DNA of 28,223 nucleotides from a virus (IMGVR_UViG_3300020045_002403:1-28223), one strand, 5' to 3'; shown: positions 1-11,100, numbered from the stretch's first letter. Numbers and translations: made by a program. The notes: generated from the letters alone by a model not told the origin.

Positions 1-76
1 AAAAGTTAACCAAGACACCACCCGAAAAACCATTCTCAACATTATTCTTTACAAAGTTTCCAACTTCAGCATCAGC
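1..76. repeat. 76-bp exact direct repeat, copy 1 (copy 2 at 502-577); probable contig-end chimera
   Basis: aaaagttaacc...cttcagcatcagc is identical at 1-76 and 502-577. The offset is 501 nt, in frame within the portal. Confidence 0.9.
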
Positions 77-1243
77 GCCAAGTTGAACCATGATAGGGTC
101 TAATCGCTGTAAATAAACTTTTCCTTTAATCTCGTTATATTCAAGAACGCTATTCATAAATTCGTTGAATATTTCCTGAATTGGTTTTACATAACTCTCG
201 GTAAAATCTTCAATCGCTGTTCTCTTTTCGTCTGCATTATTTGAAAATCCATTATCGCCCTTCATCCCAACCACCAAAGGTGAAACGGTGTGAGCCGTAA
301 ATATTTCATCCCTAATTTGGTTGTTTAAATTTATGTATCTATCGTCCTGACCGTTGGCGTTTAACGGAGTAATTTCTACCCCTGCATCCTTATTGTCATT
401 GAACGATAAAATGTTTGTTCCTGCGTTTTCTGTGCCGTGTTTTTTAGATGCCCATTGCTTTTCAATCTGTGCCTTTTGTTCGGGTGTTGGGTCGCCTTTG
501 TAAAAGTTAACCAAGACACCACCCGAAAAACCATTCTCAACATTATTCTTTACAAAGTTTCCAACTTCAGCATCAGCAGCAATATAAGGAATACCACCCA
601 TATACTCAGGTAACGGATATTCTTTTTCGTTTGGTTGATAACCTGCATAGTAAACCAAATAACGTTTTGATTTATCCATCTTCTCAGCACCCCAAGTAAA
701 CGGATGAAAAGTTACAAAGTCTTTATTATTCTTTGATTGTGTGCCTCTCGACCAATCGGAAGTATAGAAATATTTTTCAGGTAGTAATTCGTCAGTTTTA
801 CTATACTCTGGTTTTGATACTCTGACGTTTCCAAAATCAACGTGATGCGGCATAACCTGTCCGCCTTCGTTCTCAATCATCTCAGCACAAAATCCGTTTT
901 GAATCTCACGGTCTAAAATTGCCTTTGGTGTGAATTTATTTTTTTTGACCTTCTTTAAAAAAGAATATAATTCAACGCCCTGTGTTTTTGGGTCAATACC
1001 ACCGTAATCAATAGCCCAACCTTTACCGTAAACGTAACGAGACTTCGCTTTAATGATTGCGTTGTTCTTTGCAGACGCTTGAAATAAATAATTATAGTAG
1101 TTAGGTTGGTTGTTGTTCCAATCTTTTTGAACCCCATTAATAACCCAATCAATTGAATTGACTATTTTAAATTCAGGTAAAACAATAGCGCCAAACTTTT
1201 CTAGTTTGCCACCTCGACCCATTAAAAAAATGTTATTGCTCAT
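1..1243 (-). CDS. Phage portal protein, 3'-truncated at the window edge (missed by the ORF track)
   Basis: Manual translation from the ATG at 1243 (MSNNIFLMGRGGKLEKFG...) is open to the window end. It contains YPLPEYMGGIPYIAADAEVGNFVKNNVENGFSGGVLVNF, HGTENAG and IFTAHTVSPLVVG, segments typical of portal proteins in this phage type. The last ~25 codons come from the duplicated 76 bp. Confidence 0.85.
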   Translation of the reverse strand, partial: MSNNIFLMGRGGKLEKFGAIVLPEFKIVNSIDWVINGVQKDWNNNQPNYYNYLFQASAKNNAIIKAKSRYVYGKGWAIDYGGIDPKTQGVELYSFLKKVKKNKFTPKAILDREIQNGFCAEMIENEGGQVMPHHVDFGNVRVSKPEYSKTDELLPEKYFYTSDWSRGTQSKNNKDFVTFHPFTWGAEKMDKSKRYLVYYAGYQPNEKEYPLPEYMGGIPYIAADAEVGNFVKNNVENGFSGGVLVNFYKGDPTPEQKAQIEKQWASKKHGTENAGTNILSFNDNKDAGVEITPLNANGQDDRYINLNNQIRDEIFTAHTVSPLVVGMKGDNGFSNNADEKRTAIEDFTESYVKPIQEIFNEFMNSVLEYNEIKGKVYLQRLDPIMVQLGADAEVGNFVKNNVENGFSGGVLVNF

Positions 1244-1631
1244 AAGCCACGTAGGTCACATCTGTTTCATATTGTACATAAATCGAAGCCTCACTATCAA
1301 TAAGTCTCATTTGCCCTCTCTCAACAATCGTCAACCCTGTTGGTGATAAATTGCTTGAACTTGATTGTTCGTAAATTGCGTAATGGTAAAGTCCTGTATT
1401 CCCTAAAATAATTTTATTCGCACCGCTACCCGAATTTATTACTTCGATGTTAAAAAGGTTTGACCGATTTCTTTGCGCTCCTGCCGTTGAAACATCTGTA
1501 AAAATTTGATAGTACTTTACATTCGTAATATCGTTTCTAAACTCAAATAAATAATACGGGTTCACAATCGTTGTTTTTTCAACGAGCGTTAATGCTACAT
1601 TCGTGTTATTAGTTGCCTTTGTTAGAAGCAT
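1233..1631 (-). CDS. Hypothetical virion-module protein
   Basis: 132-aa ORF between the putative tail tube and portal; overlaps both neighbouring genes. Confidence 0.7.
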   Translation of the reverse strand: MLLTKATNNTNVALTLVEKTTIVNPYYLFEFRNDITNVKYYQIFTDVSTAGAQRNRSNLFNIEVINSGSGANKIILGNTGLYHYAIYEQSSSSNLSPTGLTIVERGQMRLIDSEASIYVQYETDVTYVAYEQ

Positions 1632-1833
1632 TTTTTACCTTTGCTTTTGGTATTTCACTCACACGCTCTACAACTTTAGCCTTAAAAACAGGCGTATTAT
1701 CAAACACGTCTAATTTAAGTAGTTTGTAAAGTTCAAATCTATCCGTGTTGTTCTCAATCGTTACATCAATGTTAACCCCATTCGGAGCAGTAACATTAAA
1801 CTTTAACCCTATACATTCAGTTCTAATTCTCAT
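1609..1833 (-). CDS. Hypothetical protein
   Basis: 74-aa ATG ORF filling the gap in the operon. Confidence 0.6.
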   Translation of the reverse strand: MRIRTECIGLKFNVTAPNGVNIDVTIENNTDRFELYKLLKLDVFDNTPVFKAKVVERVSEIPKAKVKNASNKGN

Positions 1834-1846
1834 AGTTCAAATATAC

Positions 1847-1880
1847 AAAAAAAGGTGTCAGGTAATTAACCAAAACACCT
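1847..1880 (-). terminator. Probable intrinsic terminator after the putative tail tube gene
   Basis: Minus strand reads AGGTGT..GGTTAATTACC..ACACCT followed by a T-run. Confidence 0.6.
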
Positions 1881-1903
1881 CTTAATTTTTAATCTTTTAT
1901 CTA

Positions 1904-2446
1904 TTAAGAGTTAACACCCTCAATCAAAATCGTTGCCATTAATCCTGTTGACACGGTGTAAAGATTTTTTGATTTGTCAGTAAACCCTAAAGTGTACCCG
2001 TTCATATCTCCAAAAGCCTTACCTGATGCAGCCTGATTTGTGCCGCCGAATTTCTCCATTCCAAACTCCAATCCAAAAATATGATAAATCGAGTTGTTGT
2101 CTTGAACGATAATTACAAGCGGTTTAGCAGCAAGTAATTTCATCTCAACAGATTTCTCTTTTGACATATTGTTTAACTGAATGTTCAAAACAGTTTCCCA
2201 ATAATAAGTCCCGTTAACAGGGTCATGATTCTCAGTAGAAACAAAATCCATGATTTCTTTTTTAATTTCGTAAGAAAGAAAAGAAGTTCCAGCCGCCTGA
2301 GTCATTGCTGTAATCTCACCTGACGTATTTGTGTACGCTGTGATGTTCTCAAACTGAGTAACTAAAAATGAATTTTGTTTTAACCCTCCTGTTGCATCAT
2401 CGCACTCCTGAGGGAATCCTGTTGTAAGTAAGCAAGTTGTTGCCAT
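1904..2446 (-). CDS. Virion structural protein, putative major tail (tube) protein
   Basis: 180 aa, directly after the capsid gene and flanked by terminators. Has an N-terminal C-x9-C..GG motif and C-terminal G.A.GD.NGYTL.F. Tail-tube assignment is inference. Confidence 0.6.
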   Translation of the reverse strand: MATTCLLTTGFPQECDDATGGLKQNSFLVTQFENITAYTNTSGEITAMTQAAGTSFLSYEIKKEIMDFVSTENHDPVNGTYYWETVLNIQLNNMSKEKSVEMKLLAAKPLVIIVQDNNSIYHIFGLEFGMEKFGGTNQAASGKAFGDMNGYTLGFTDKSKNLYTVSTGLMATILIEGVNS

Positions 2447-2459
2447 GATTTTTTAATTT

Positions 2460-2485
2460 AAAAAAGTGGGGAATTGCACCCCACT
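2460..2485 (-). terminator. Intrinsic terminator after the major capsid gene
   Basis: Minus strand AGTGGGG-TGCAATT-CCCCACT-TTTTT. Confidence 0.8.
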
Positions 2486-2504
2486 AATTATTATCTTTTA
2501 ATTC

Positions 2505-3437
2505 TTATGAGTTAGCGAAAGACCACTCAACAACATCTTCAACAAACATCACCTGAGTACCACGTGTGAAACGTGTATCAACAAGAATCTTAACATTTGT
2601 AACAGGGTCAACTCTGTATATAAAATCTTGGTCACCTTCGCCATCAATTCCTAATACTAAGTTTGATGCGTAAGTCAAGAACATTCTATCAACACCCGTT
2701 AAACCGAATGTAGGTACAAGCGTAATGTTAGTTCCGAATAATTTAGACTCACCGTCTTTACCTGCAAAATGAAATAGGTTAGCGTTAATCAAAGCGATAA
2801 CATACAAATCATAATAAGTTTGAGGTAAGAATAATTTAAGGTCTGATTTGTTTCTAATTGCAGGCGGAATAAGCAAGAACATACCTTGTAACGCTGGAAT
2901 AATTTTAGCCGCATCCATTGAGTTAACCGCCGCTGTGTTACCAGCAACCGCTGACCCTGCATCAATCCACTTTATCCAACCATCATAGAAAGATAAGTTG
3001 TTTACTGCGCTCAAAGTATCACCTTGCCAGTCACTTGTATCAAGTTCCTGAGCCATCAAAACTCTTTTTTGTTCAAAGTAAATTTTTGCAATTTCTTCAG
3101 GTAATACTTGAAGACCTGTTGTAGCACCTTGCTTCAACATAATTTGATCCCATTTACCATCTAAATCCGCCAAACATAAATCTTCAGCAGATTGCATTTT
3201 CGCAACTGTTAAGGTTTTGTCTGTACGTGTAGTTGTTCCTGATGCTGTACGTGTACAACCTGTGCCACTTGACCAGATAACATCTGTATCTAAGAAGTGC
3301 ATTTTTGTACTTCCCTTAACTCCTGCCTGTACAGTAACCATACTTGCAGTCATTTTCGGGTCTAATTGAATTGCGCCAATCAAAGGGAACTGTGAGTTCT
3401 CAATGTAGGCTGTAATGGTAGCTAAATCAAATGCCAT
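2505..3437 (-). CDS. Major capsid protein
   Basis: 310 aa, follows protease and scaffold, followed by a strong terminator. Contains WQGDT...FYDGWIK, typical of capsids of this phage type. Confidence 0.8.
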   Translation of the reverse strand: MAFDLATITAYIENSQFPLIGAIQLDPKMTASMVTVQAGVKGSTKMHFLDTDVIWSSGTGCTRTASGTTTRTDKTLTVAKMQSAEDLCLADLDGKWDQIMLKQGATTGLQVLPEEIAKIYFEQKRVLMAQELDTSDWQGDTLSAVNNLSFYDGWIKWIDAGSAVAGNTAAVNSMDAAKIIPALQGMFLLIPPAIRNKSDLKLFLPQTYYDLYVIALINANLFHFAGKDGESKLFGTNITLVPTFGLTGVDRMFLTYASNLVLGIDGEGDQDFIYRVDPVTNVKILVDTRFTRGTQVMFVEDVVEWSFANS

Positions 3438-3462
3438 GATATAAAGTTTTAAATTGTTTTAA

Positions 3463-4062
3463 TTATTTTTTTCTAGTTAAGAACGGGTTGTTTTTTTCAA
3501 CTTTTGCAAAAGCGTTCTTAACTTTTACAACAGGTTCTTTTGTTGGCGTGTCAAGCACTGAAGCCATGAACTCACTAACAAGATTATCCGACTCAGCCAA
3601 ACGAGCAGTTACTGCTTCGATTTGTTTGTGAAGAAAATCAGTTTCTTTTTTGAACTCTGCTTTTAATTCGGCATTGTATTTAGATACCGTTTCAACACGT
3701 TCAATTAATTCTTTTACTTTCGCTGCCGAATCTGAAGGAGTTTCTTTAGCCTTTGGCTTACCCTCTGCATCAAGTTCTGCTTCGACAACAGCGTCATTAA
3801 TAGCGGCTATAATGCCGTCCATTTCAACAACGATAATTCTACCGTCTTCTAATTCGTATTCACCCATTGGAGCAGGAACAACCGTTCCGTCCTCAGCGGT
3901 TAAAGCAATTGCGCTACCCAACTCTAAAGCAGGTTCAACAGTTACTTTTGTTTTGCCGTCAACCAAAAGCAGTTCTTCAAACTTGGCAACCACCGCAATC
4001 GGTAGTTTATTATCGGTCATGAACTTTACAAATTTTTCGTATGTTTCTTTTAGTTTTGACAT
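3463..4062 (-). CDS. Capsid scaffold-like protein
   Basis: Acidic, with PAPMGEYELEDGRIIVV..GII and a coiled-coil C-half; lies between protease and capsid. Confidence 0.65.
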   Translation of the reverse strand: MSKLKETYEKFVKFMTDNKLPIAVVAKFEELLLVDGKTKVTVEPALELGSAIALTAEDGTVVPAPMGEYELEDGRIIVVEMDGIIAAINDAVVEAELDAEGKPKAKETPSDSAAKVKELIERVETVSKYNAELKAEFKKETDFLHKQIEAVTARLAESDNLVSEFMASVLDTPTKEPVVKVKNAFAKVEKNNPFLTRKK

Positions 4063-4079
4063 AATTGTAATTTTTATAA

Positions 4080-4104
4080 AAACGATTTGATTAATTTATT
4101 GTAA
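4080..4104 (-). promoter_or_regulatory. Candidate late promoter TTACAA-N14-CGTTT (upstream of scaffold/capsid)
   Basis: Minus strand TTACAA TAAATTAATCAAAT CGTTT; same motif and spacing at 4660-4684 and 13828-13852. Confidence 0.7.
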
Positions 4105-4651
4105 CTTTTAAATCAGATAGGAACACGTCAACTGCGCTCATTTTTTCCTCTATCAATTTGCACTCAATTGAGAAACCTCGATAAGTTTCATCAACTACCT
4201 TTTGCCAAACAGAATCATTTTCTATTTTCATAGAAATAAACCAACTCCCGTCAGGTTCTTGTTTAAATCCGTCAGGTGCTTTTACGCCACGAGCCGAATC
4301 AATAACCATACTTTCAAAAACATAAACGCCCTCAGCAAATTGATTTGTTTGGTGCATTTCGTTTGTGTTGGTGGTTAATCCGTGTCTAAAGAAATTGTAA
4401 ACGATATTCCAAATACTGTCTTTTGTAAACACAGCGTTGTAGTATTCTTTGGTTGCTTCGTTGTAACGTGGTATTTTTAAATCCGCAATCATTGCGTAAC
4501 CTGAAACAATCCTACGTTCAGCGTCTTGAACTTTGAATGAATGTTCTTTGTTGAACTTAATCCAATCAGATTTAATTGCGGGGTCTGTAACGACTGCAAT
4601 TTGAAAATCAATTTGCGCTCCCTCAGGGAAAACCATTTTGAATAAGTCCAT
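4091..4651 (-). CDS. XkdF-like prohead serine protease
   Basis: Motifs RRIVSGYAMIAD..IPR, TNEMH, VFES, PDGSWFISMKIEN..VW..V and RGFSIE resemble the XkdF-like phage protease family. Confidence 0.85.
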   Translation of the reverse strand: MDLFKMVFPEGAQIDFQIAVVTDPAIKSDWIKFNKEHSFKVQDAERRIVSGYAMIADLKIPRYNEATKEYYNAVFTKDSIWNIVYNFFRHGLTTNTNEMHQTNQFAEGVYVFESMVIDSARGVKAPDGFKQEPDGSWFISMKIENDSVWQKVVDETYRGFSIECKLIEEKMSAVDVFLSDLKVTIN

Positions 4652-4659
4652 TACCTATT

Positions 4660-4684
4660 AAACGGTAATGAATTATTTTTGTAA
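4660..4684 (-). promoter_or_regulatory. Candidate late promoter TTACAA-N14-CGTTT (upstream of protease)
   Basis: Minus strand TTACAA AAATAATTCATTAC CGTTT AATAGGTA ATG. Confidence 0.7.
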
Positions 4685-4688
4685 AGTA

Positions 4689-6668
4689 TTAACCGAACGA
4701 AGCTAACCCTTCAATAGCCTTTACTTTTTTCTGCATTGAGTTTACATCTTCAACGACTAAAACCTGTTGCGTTTTTTCTTGGTTTAAGAAAGTTGAGCCC
4801 GCATTAATTGGATTTACGTTTGGTTCTGTTGAGCCTAAATCACTTATTGATGCTGACACATCACCACCGCCTGTTGATGTTGTTGGATTTGATACCGCAC
4901 CGAATTTTGATGAAGCAATTTGCGCTATGTTCGCTGCTCCTGCTGCCGCTACTCCTGCCGCTGTCGCAACACGTAACACTGTGGCGTATGGTTCTGGAAT
5001 CATTGACTTTGCCGACAAAGCATTTACAACGCCATTGATAGTTGATATGGTAGCCTCTGAAATTGATAGTGCTTTGCTTATCTCAAATTGTCTTTTGGCT
5101 CTTTTTTCTTTTGCCGCTTCGTCTTGTTTTCCGAATCTATTTGTAAGAGTAAAAACTGTTTTTGCTAAATCAATAGTTGATTGCGCTAAATTTTTGGCAA
5201 TGTCAAATTTTGCTTGTTGAGTTTGTTTATCAATTTCTAATTGTTGTTCTTTGAGGGCGTTTTCTCTATCAATATTTTCCTCCATCAAATCAAACTCAGC
5301 GTTAAGCCGTTCTTCTTTTTCAGCAAGTAATCGTTCGTTAAATAATTTATCAGCGTCATTATTTCTTTGACGAATCATTTCATCAAATTCTAATTGTGCT
5401 TCTGCTTCTTGTTTTAATCTTTCAACTTCAGCAAGTCGTAACGCTTCTGCTTCTTCAAATGCCGCTTGTGCATCTGCCGAACGTTCTTCATTTTGCTCAC
5501 GTTTAAATTTAGTGATTGCGTTTTCGGAACGTTGTACTGAGGCTTCGTTTTGAATGATTAAATCATTCGCTTTTTGTTGCAACAAATCCAAATCAATTCC
5601 TTGATTTTTCATTCGTGCTTTAAACGCTTCGTCACTTTCACCTGACAAGGCGGCTAAGTTTGTATAGTAGTCAATCCATGATTGGATTTTTTCTTTGTTG
5701 GCATCAAGTACCGCTTTTGTTTTTTCAAGTTCCGCCTCTAATATTTTTACCGTAACCGCTTCCGAACTTTCACCGTTTGCCTCTAGTGTATCTTTTTCTA
5801 ATTCGAGTGCGCTTATTGTTTTGTCCGCTGCATCAATTCTCGCTTTCTTTTGTTCGTCAATTTCCGCTAATCGTTTTTTGTGTGCTTCGCTTTCTGCTTT
5901 TCGACGTTCCGCTTTCTTGCCCTCCTCAACGGCTTCAATTGCCGCCTGTGTATTGAATATTCCAGCCATTGCTTGAAAAAAGTAAATAGCCTTTTCAAAC
6001 TTCTGAATTAAGTAAACAACTCCTGCCGCTAGTGCCGCAACAGCAACAATGACAATCCCAATAGGGTTAGCAATCATCGCACCGTTTAAGGCTATCTGAG
6101 CAGCCGTTTGTTTGACCGTTGTACCCGTTAATAATAATCTTGCCGTTGCCGCTAATCCATCTTGAACAATTCCCTTTGTAGTTAGGTATTGTCCGACTTG
6201 TTGAACACCGTTTAAGATCCCTTGTACCGCAATAATATTTTGAATTGCCTTTTGAACTTTTACAGAATCAGTACCGAATAAAGCCATTGCACCCTGAGCA
6301 GCTTGAAAACCACCAGCAACCGCTGAACCAAATCCAACAAGCGCATCTAATTTTTTCGTGTCACTTGCAAGCGCACCGACCTTTGTTGATATGTCTGAGA
6401 TTTTATCTTTGAGCGCCCCCGCATCTTTTGTCAATTGTTTGAAGCGTGGTGAACTTTCATCGAGCGTTCCAAGCTCCATCATCATCGCTTTTAATTGCGA
6501 CTTTAAACTACCCGCTGCTTTTTCTGCCGTTCCTAATCCTTGACTCAAAGAATCGCCCGTTGACTTAGCAACCTTTTGCGTGTCCTCTAATTCCTTACGA
6601 ACTTCAGCAACGGTTTTTTTTCCGTTACCTGCCGTTATGTTGACCTCTAAATTTATTTCTTCTGCCAT
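4689..6668 (-). CDS. Tail tape measure protein
   Basis: 659 aa, Ala/Glu/Lys-rich helical protein with ANPIGIVIVAVAALAAGVVYL and long coiled coils. Confidence 0.85.
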   Translation of the reverse strand: MAEEINLEVNITAGNGKKTVAEVRKELEDTQKVAKSTGDSLSQGLGTAEKAAGSLKSQLKAMMMELGTLDESSPRFKQLTKDAGALKDKISDISTKVGALASDTKKLDALVGFGSAVAGGFQAAQGAMALFGTDSVKVQKAIQNIIAVQGILNGVQQVGQYLTTKGIVQDGLAATARLLLTGTTVKQTAAQIALNGAMIANPIGIVIVAVAALAAGVVYLIQKFEKAIYFFQAMAGIFNTQAAIEAVEEGKKAERRKAESEAHKKRLAEIDEQKKARIDAADKTISALELEKDTLEANGESSEAVTVKILEAELEKTKAVLDANKEKIQSWIDYYTNLAALSGESDEAFKARMKNQGIDLDLLQQKANDLIIQNEASVQRSENAITKFKREQNEERSADAQAAFEEAEALRLAEVERLKQEAEAQLEFDEMIRQRNNDADKLFNERLLAEKEERLNAEFDLMEENIDRENALKEQQLEIDKQTQQAKFDIAKNLAQSTIDLAKTVFTLTNRFGKQDEAAKEKRAKRQFEISKALSISEATISTINGVVNALSAKSMIPEPYATVLRVATAAGVAAAGAANIAQIASSKFGAVSNPTTSTGGGDVSASISDLGSTEPNVNPINAGSTFLNQEKTQQVLVVEDVNSMQKKVKAIEGLASFG

Positions 6669-6952
6669 TATGCTATGAGTGCTATAAGTTTATTGTATAA
6701 ATCTGAATTACTCGAAGGTGCTGCTCCTGCTACAGAATCAACTATAAAGCAATTTGTTGTTGCTGCATAAGCTAAATTCCATTGTGGCTCACCATCATTC
6801 TGAGCAGTCACATAAGCATCAGAAGCCTCTAACGAAAAGTGTAAAATATGCGCTTTATTATACGTTGCTTTCTTTGGTATATCTCCACCAACATAAACGC
6901 CGAAATCTACTATAATCGAATTGGTTGTGCTTGTTATTACTATATTTGCCAT
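6668..6952 (-). CDS. Small putative virion protein
   Basis: 94 aa, TAATG-coupled to both neighbours in the tail module. Confidence 0.65.
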   Translation of the reverse strand: MANIVITSTTNSIIVDFGVYVGGDIPKKATYNKAHILHFSLEASDAYVTAQNDGEPQWNLAYAATTNCFIVDSVAGAAPSSNSDLYNKLIALIA

Positions 6953-8184
6953 TATCTGATTTCTTTAATTTTAATGACCCCTCTTGTTGCGCTTGTGCCG
7001 CCCAGCCCTGTTGTTAATAAAGTAAGTGTACCTAGTGAGCGCACCGCCCCAGCCTTATTTAAGGTTAACGGGTATCTTGCTGTTAAGGTCATGCTTTGTG
7101 TTCCTTTTGACGATGCTGTTGCTGCAACATAACCCGAATCAACAACTATCGCTGGGCTGCCAGATAAAGTTCCACCCGTTCCATACTCATTTGCCGAATA
7201 AGTTGTGCTAATATTGGCATAAGTAGGAGCTACCGAAAATGCTTGTCCTAAACACAACTCCCAATAAATAGGATTGTTTCCTGTTACTATTACATCAATT
7301 TCAATAAATGTTACGCTCGTTCTATTAGTAATCGAATTAAAGGTGGTGAGCGGTCTGATTGATACCAAATGTGTTCTTGTGGCACTACCTGACGTTATCG
7401 CTACATCAGGTGTTGAAAACTCATAGCCAATTGTTTCGTCAAATCCACCATTTGAAATTACAGAACAACATGAAAAATATAAATCCTTTGTTACCGTTCC
7501 ACCATTTGAAACCATGCCAATCGAAATCGGAAGATTTGCGGTTTGAACATACGGATAGGTTTGAATGTTGGCGTTTAAAAATTCATGACACCAAATAATT
7601 TTGCCATCAATATCAAATCCAAACCTCACCCTACCAACATAAAGAGCTTGTAAATCTATAACCAAAATCTGCGTCATGGTTAAATCTAATGTTATTCCGC
7701 TCGTTCCTGCGCCGTCTAATTTATCTAAATTCCAAGTTGATTGAACCGCGTCTTGGTCGCCTGCCGACGAAGTAGAAACTATAACAAAATAATTTAAACC
7801 GCCTGACCTTGTGAATTTAAAACCATTATCTAAATCTCCATACTGAGCAAAATCAATTACATTTGTTACGGCAGCACCAAAATTAAACGACATAAAAATC
7901 TGTTGTGCTTTACCTGGTTGGTATCTAAAATATTCATACGTCTGTAAATAGCAACTGTTGCCTGTTGGTGTAGCTGTAAAAGAAATCTTTGCTCTCCTGT
8001 TTGTTGAGTCATGAGTTATTGTTGAGCTAGCCCCATGCGAAATAATAGGCTCATAAAGCAACGGGTGTAAATCGTATGTAAACTGAGCGTCAAAAACAGT
8101 CTGTGGTTCGGCAACAGATAGACGACCAAAAGCATCGCTCGCACTATCTGCTATATTAATATCTACTTCTCTTAAATAAGCCAT
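6952..8184 (-). CDS. Putative virion structural (tail/baseplate-associated) protein
   Basis: 410 aa, beta-rich and T/S/G-rich, with DAFGRL, YFRYQPGK, WNLDKLDG.G.SG and GRVRFGF segments; located in the tail module. Confidence 0.65.
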   Translation of the reverse strand: MAYLREVDINIADSASDAFGRLSVAEPQTVFDAQFTYDLHPLLYEPIISHGASSTITHDSTNRRAKISFTATPTGNSCYLQTYEYFRYQPGKAQQIFMSFNFGAAVTNVIDFAQYGDLDNGFKFTRSGGLNYFVIVSTSSAGDQDAVQSTWNLDKLDGAGTSGITLDLTMTQILVIDLQALYVGRVRFGFDIDGKIIWCHEFLNANIQTYPYVQTANLPISIGMVSNGGTVTKDLYFSCCSVISNGGFDETIGYEFSTPDVAITSGSATRTHLVSIRPLTTFNSITNRTSVTFIEIDVIVTGNNPIYWELCLGQAFSVAPTYANISTTYSANEYGTGGTLSGSPAIVVDSGYVAATASSKGTQSMTLTARYPLTLNKAGAVRSLGTLTLLTTGLGGTSATRGVIKIKEIR

Positions 8185-8186
8185 GA

Positions 8187-11100
8187 TTAATTAATTATGT
8201 AATAAGTATTGTCCTGTGAATTATATTTCAACCTGATTGATTCATTTTCCAACAGGTCAAAAGTTGTTGCGGTGTTGTCGATTGTTATCGTACCACCGTC
8301 GATATAAACTCTGTTCGTTGCATCTGTGCATTTAAAAAAGAACTCGCTTGTTGAATTGTTTAATCTTGCCTGAACCGCTCCCGTTGCACCGTTTAAATAA
8401 TATCCGTAAATAGTATCGTCAACTAAAAATCCTGTGATTTTTTCAACCCAAGCACCTTGAATTTTTCCATCAATATAGGTCACATCGCTTTCGGTAATTG
8501 TTAGTCCGTTCGTGTTTATCAGTGTCACATTTTCAACGCCTGCCGAAATTAAATTCGAATCACCTTGAATTTTAATATTCTTTGCCTCTGCAAATACTTT
8601 GTTTGAATCTCCGTAAATCTCAACGCTCTTTGCCTTGCCTGAAATATAATTGAACTCACCTTTTACATCAATCGAACGTGCCGAATAATTATTATTATCA
8701 GGTTGCTCACTTGAGCGAACGCCCTTTGCTGGGGTTGTTTCTGTCATTCCAATTCCACCACCCTCTTGCAACGGATTTGTTTCGGTAGGCTTTCCTGTTG
8801 TTGGGTGTCCTGATGGAGTAAATGCACTTGCATTGTTCACTTTAAAGAAGGTACATAGCGTTGTCTCCTCACTTGTTGGATTGTAACCCTCAATTTTTTG
8901 AAGTCGGAAATAAGCGTAATCAAAATAGTATAATTTATCAAACGTGAAATTCACATAAGCCAAAGGCGTTAAGTGAACGTGGCATTTTAAGATACGACTA
9001 TTCGGGTCGGTCATTTCACGCAGTTGTTTAGCGTGGTATTTGTTTACTAAATTATTATCCGTTACAACGATGTCATGCAAATCGTCATCGTAAAACACCT
9101 CTTTTACAAGTCCAAAATTAATATCTAAAGTAGGGGCGTAAGGGTCATCGAAATGTCCTGCGTATGGATAAGTGACATAAGAATCGGTCAGCGGAATACC
9201 AAAAACAGAAACGTAGTTAGTGTGATTCCATGCGTTAGCACACGGTTTTAATCCTGCGTAATAAAGTGAACGAATATTAAACTTTGTCGTAACGGGTTGG
9301 TTGTAATCGTTGAGTGCGTAAATTGTAGGTAGTACCCTATCGTTTTGCGGTAATCCAACCATACAAGTAGGGGAAAATCCTAACTCTGTTTTTTTAACCT
9401 GATTAGCGAAGTCAGTCGTAACATCACACGTTCTTTGCCCGTAGATTTCCTGCCATGATTTTGTATATCGTTCGTTGAAATAATCGGTATCTTTTTTGTA
9501 AGTAAATAGATATTGTTTAGCGTCTAGAAGTTCCATTGGGAAGTCATCAATAGGTTTTGACCTATCAATTAATTCATGAATATTTAATACGTCAGTACCT
9601 AAATAATTATCACGTGTTTCGATTATTAACTGCGTTGGGTTGAGTGGGTCAACATCGACTATCAAATTGAAACGCTTAACGTTCCACATAAAATAATCAA
9701 TCATTTTTATTTTCTTTGGTATCACGTCCAACATTTGCAAAGTGTTGCCCTCTGTCATCGTTAGGTTTGAAACCTTATTATAAAATGATCCAACTGTAAC
9801 TTTAATAACAGCGTTGCCATTTGTTTTTGTTCCGACATTATTAATAAAAAATTCAGTGGTTGTTGATGAGTAAACAGATAGACCATCATTTTCCGCGAAC
9901 ATTCCGCCCTTCCATTTTATCGTAATCGTATCACTTGCTTGTAAAGGAACACCTGTTGCTGTCAACTGATAACGGTCTGGTGGGTTTACCGCCCGACCTA
10001 CGGGTGTGGTTTGAGCAATTTTTCCCCACGCTTTACCTGACATATAATCGTTATCGGCAGGTGGGTAGGTTGGTGTAACCGCTGTTGACCGCGCACCAAT
10101 ATAAAAAGTAGTGTCGTATTTTGTTATGTAAAACGGTAATTGGTCAATCAATACCGCTACGCCTGTCGAAATAGGAGTATGCCACATTTCAATAAATCCG
10201 TGAATATCTGCAATACATTTAACACTGCCTGCCGAATCAGGTGTGAATGTTGCATTGACATCAATTAGCGCGGTAATATCGTGAACCCCCGTTTGTATAG
10301 CGGTGAAAACACCTGTTGCAGGATTGTAATTTAATCCTGTATCAAATAATTCATTTGTAAACTTTATAATATCTGGTGTACTAAAAGTACCTTTCGGTAA
10401 ATTGTTTGAAGTAGTTGTTCCTGTCGATGTGAACTGCGGCGTATTGGCTGCAAACTCTCTACCTTCAATATCTGTTGACGTTAATTGATAACACTCAGGA
10501 GACGATGGTATAATCAAATGGTCAATCCATGTGTCGGTATCAAAGAACCCTCCTGCTTTAATTGTGAATCCCGCCCATGAAATGATTTTAGTCATGTACT
10601 CCTTTTCGTATATCGAAGGTGCAATTTGAGTATAAATAAAATCTGTTGCGTTCTGTGAATAACCAAAATCAACAAGTGCGTAAACATATCCCGTCCCGTA
10701 TGCAAACGGAATTAATGCAGGATAGTTTTTGATTATCTCGAAATCCCAGCTCCACGCTTGTAACTCTTTTGTTAATGGATGGTCGTACACATCTAAACCC
10801 TCATAAGAACCTGCAGACGGGTACAAATCAGTTAGGTAATTTCCTGCGATTTCGGCAAAGAAATTAGCAACCTCGCTATACATTGTGCAATCATAAACGA
10901 TATCCTGAAAATCGTTAACCGATATTTGATTGAGTTTTAAATAACCCTGAATGATTGTTTCAGAATCCACCTCATATCTACAATCTGCCTTTGCTTGAAT
11001 ATTAAATTCACCACCTTGAATCAAAACGTTAATCTCGAATATGTGAGAGAATATTTTATCTGCCTCTTTACTTCGTGGGATGGAAACCGTTTTAGAATAT

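Noticed and set aside
955-1346. ORF-track entries 955..1152 (-) and 1158..1346 (+)
   Set aside because: They are shadows of the portal reading frame that starts at 1243.
1838-1845. TATATTTG (TAnnTTTG) box before 1609..1833 as a host-type promoter
   Set aside because: Perfect -7 box but no well-spaced -33 TTG, and it abuts a terminator; too weak to call.
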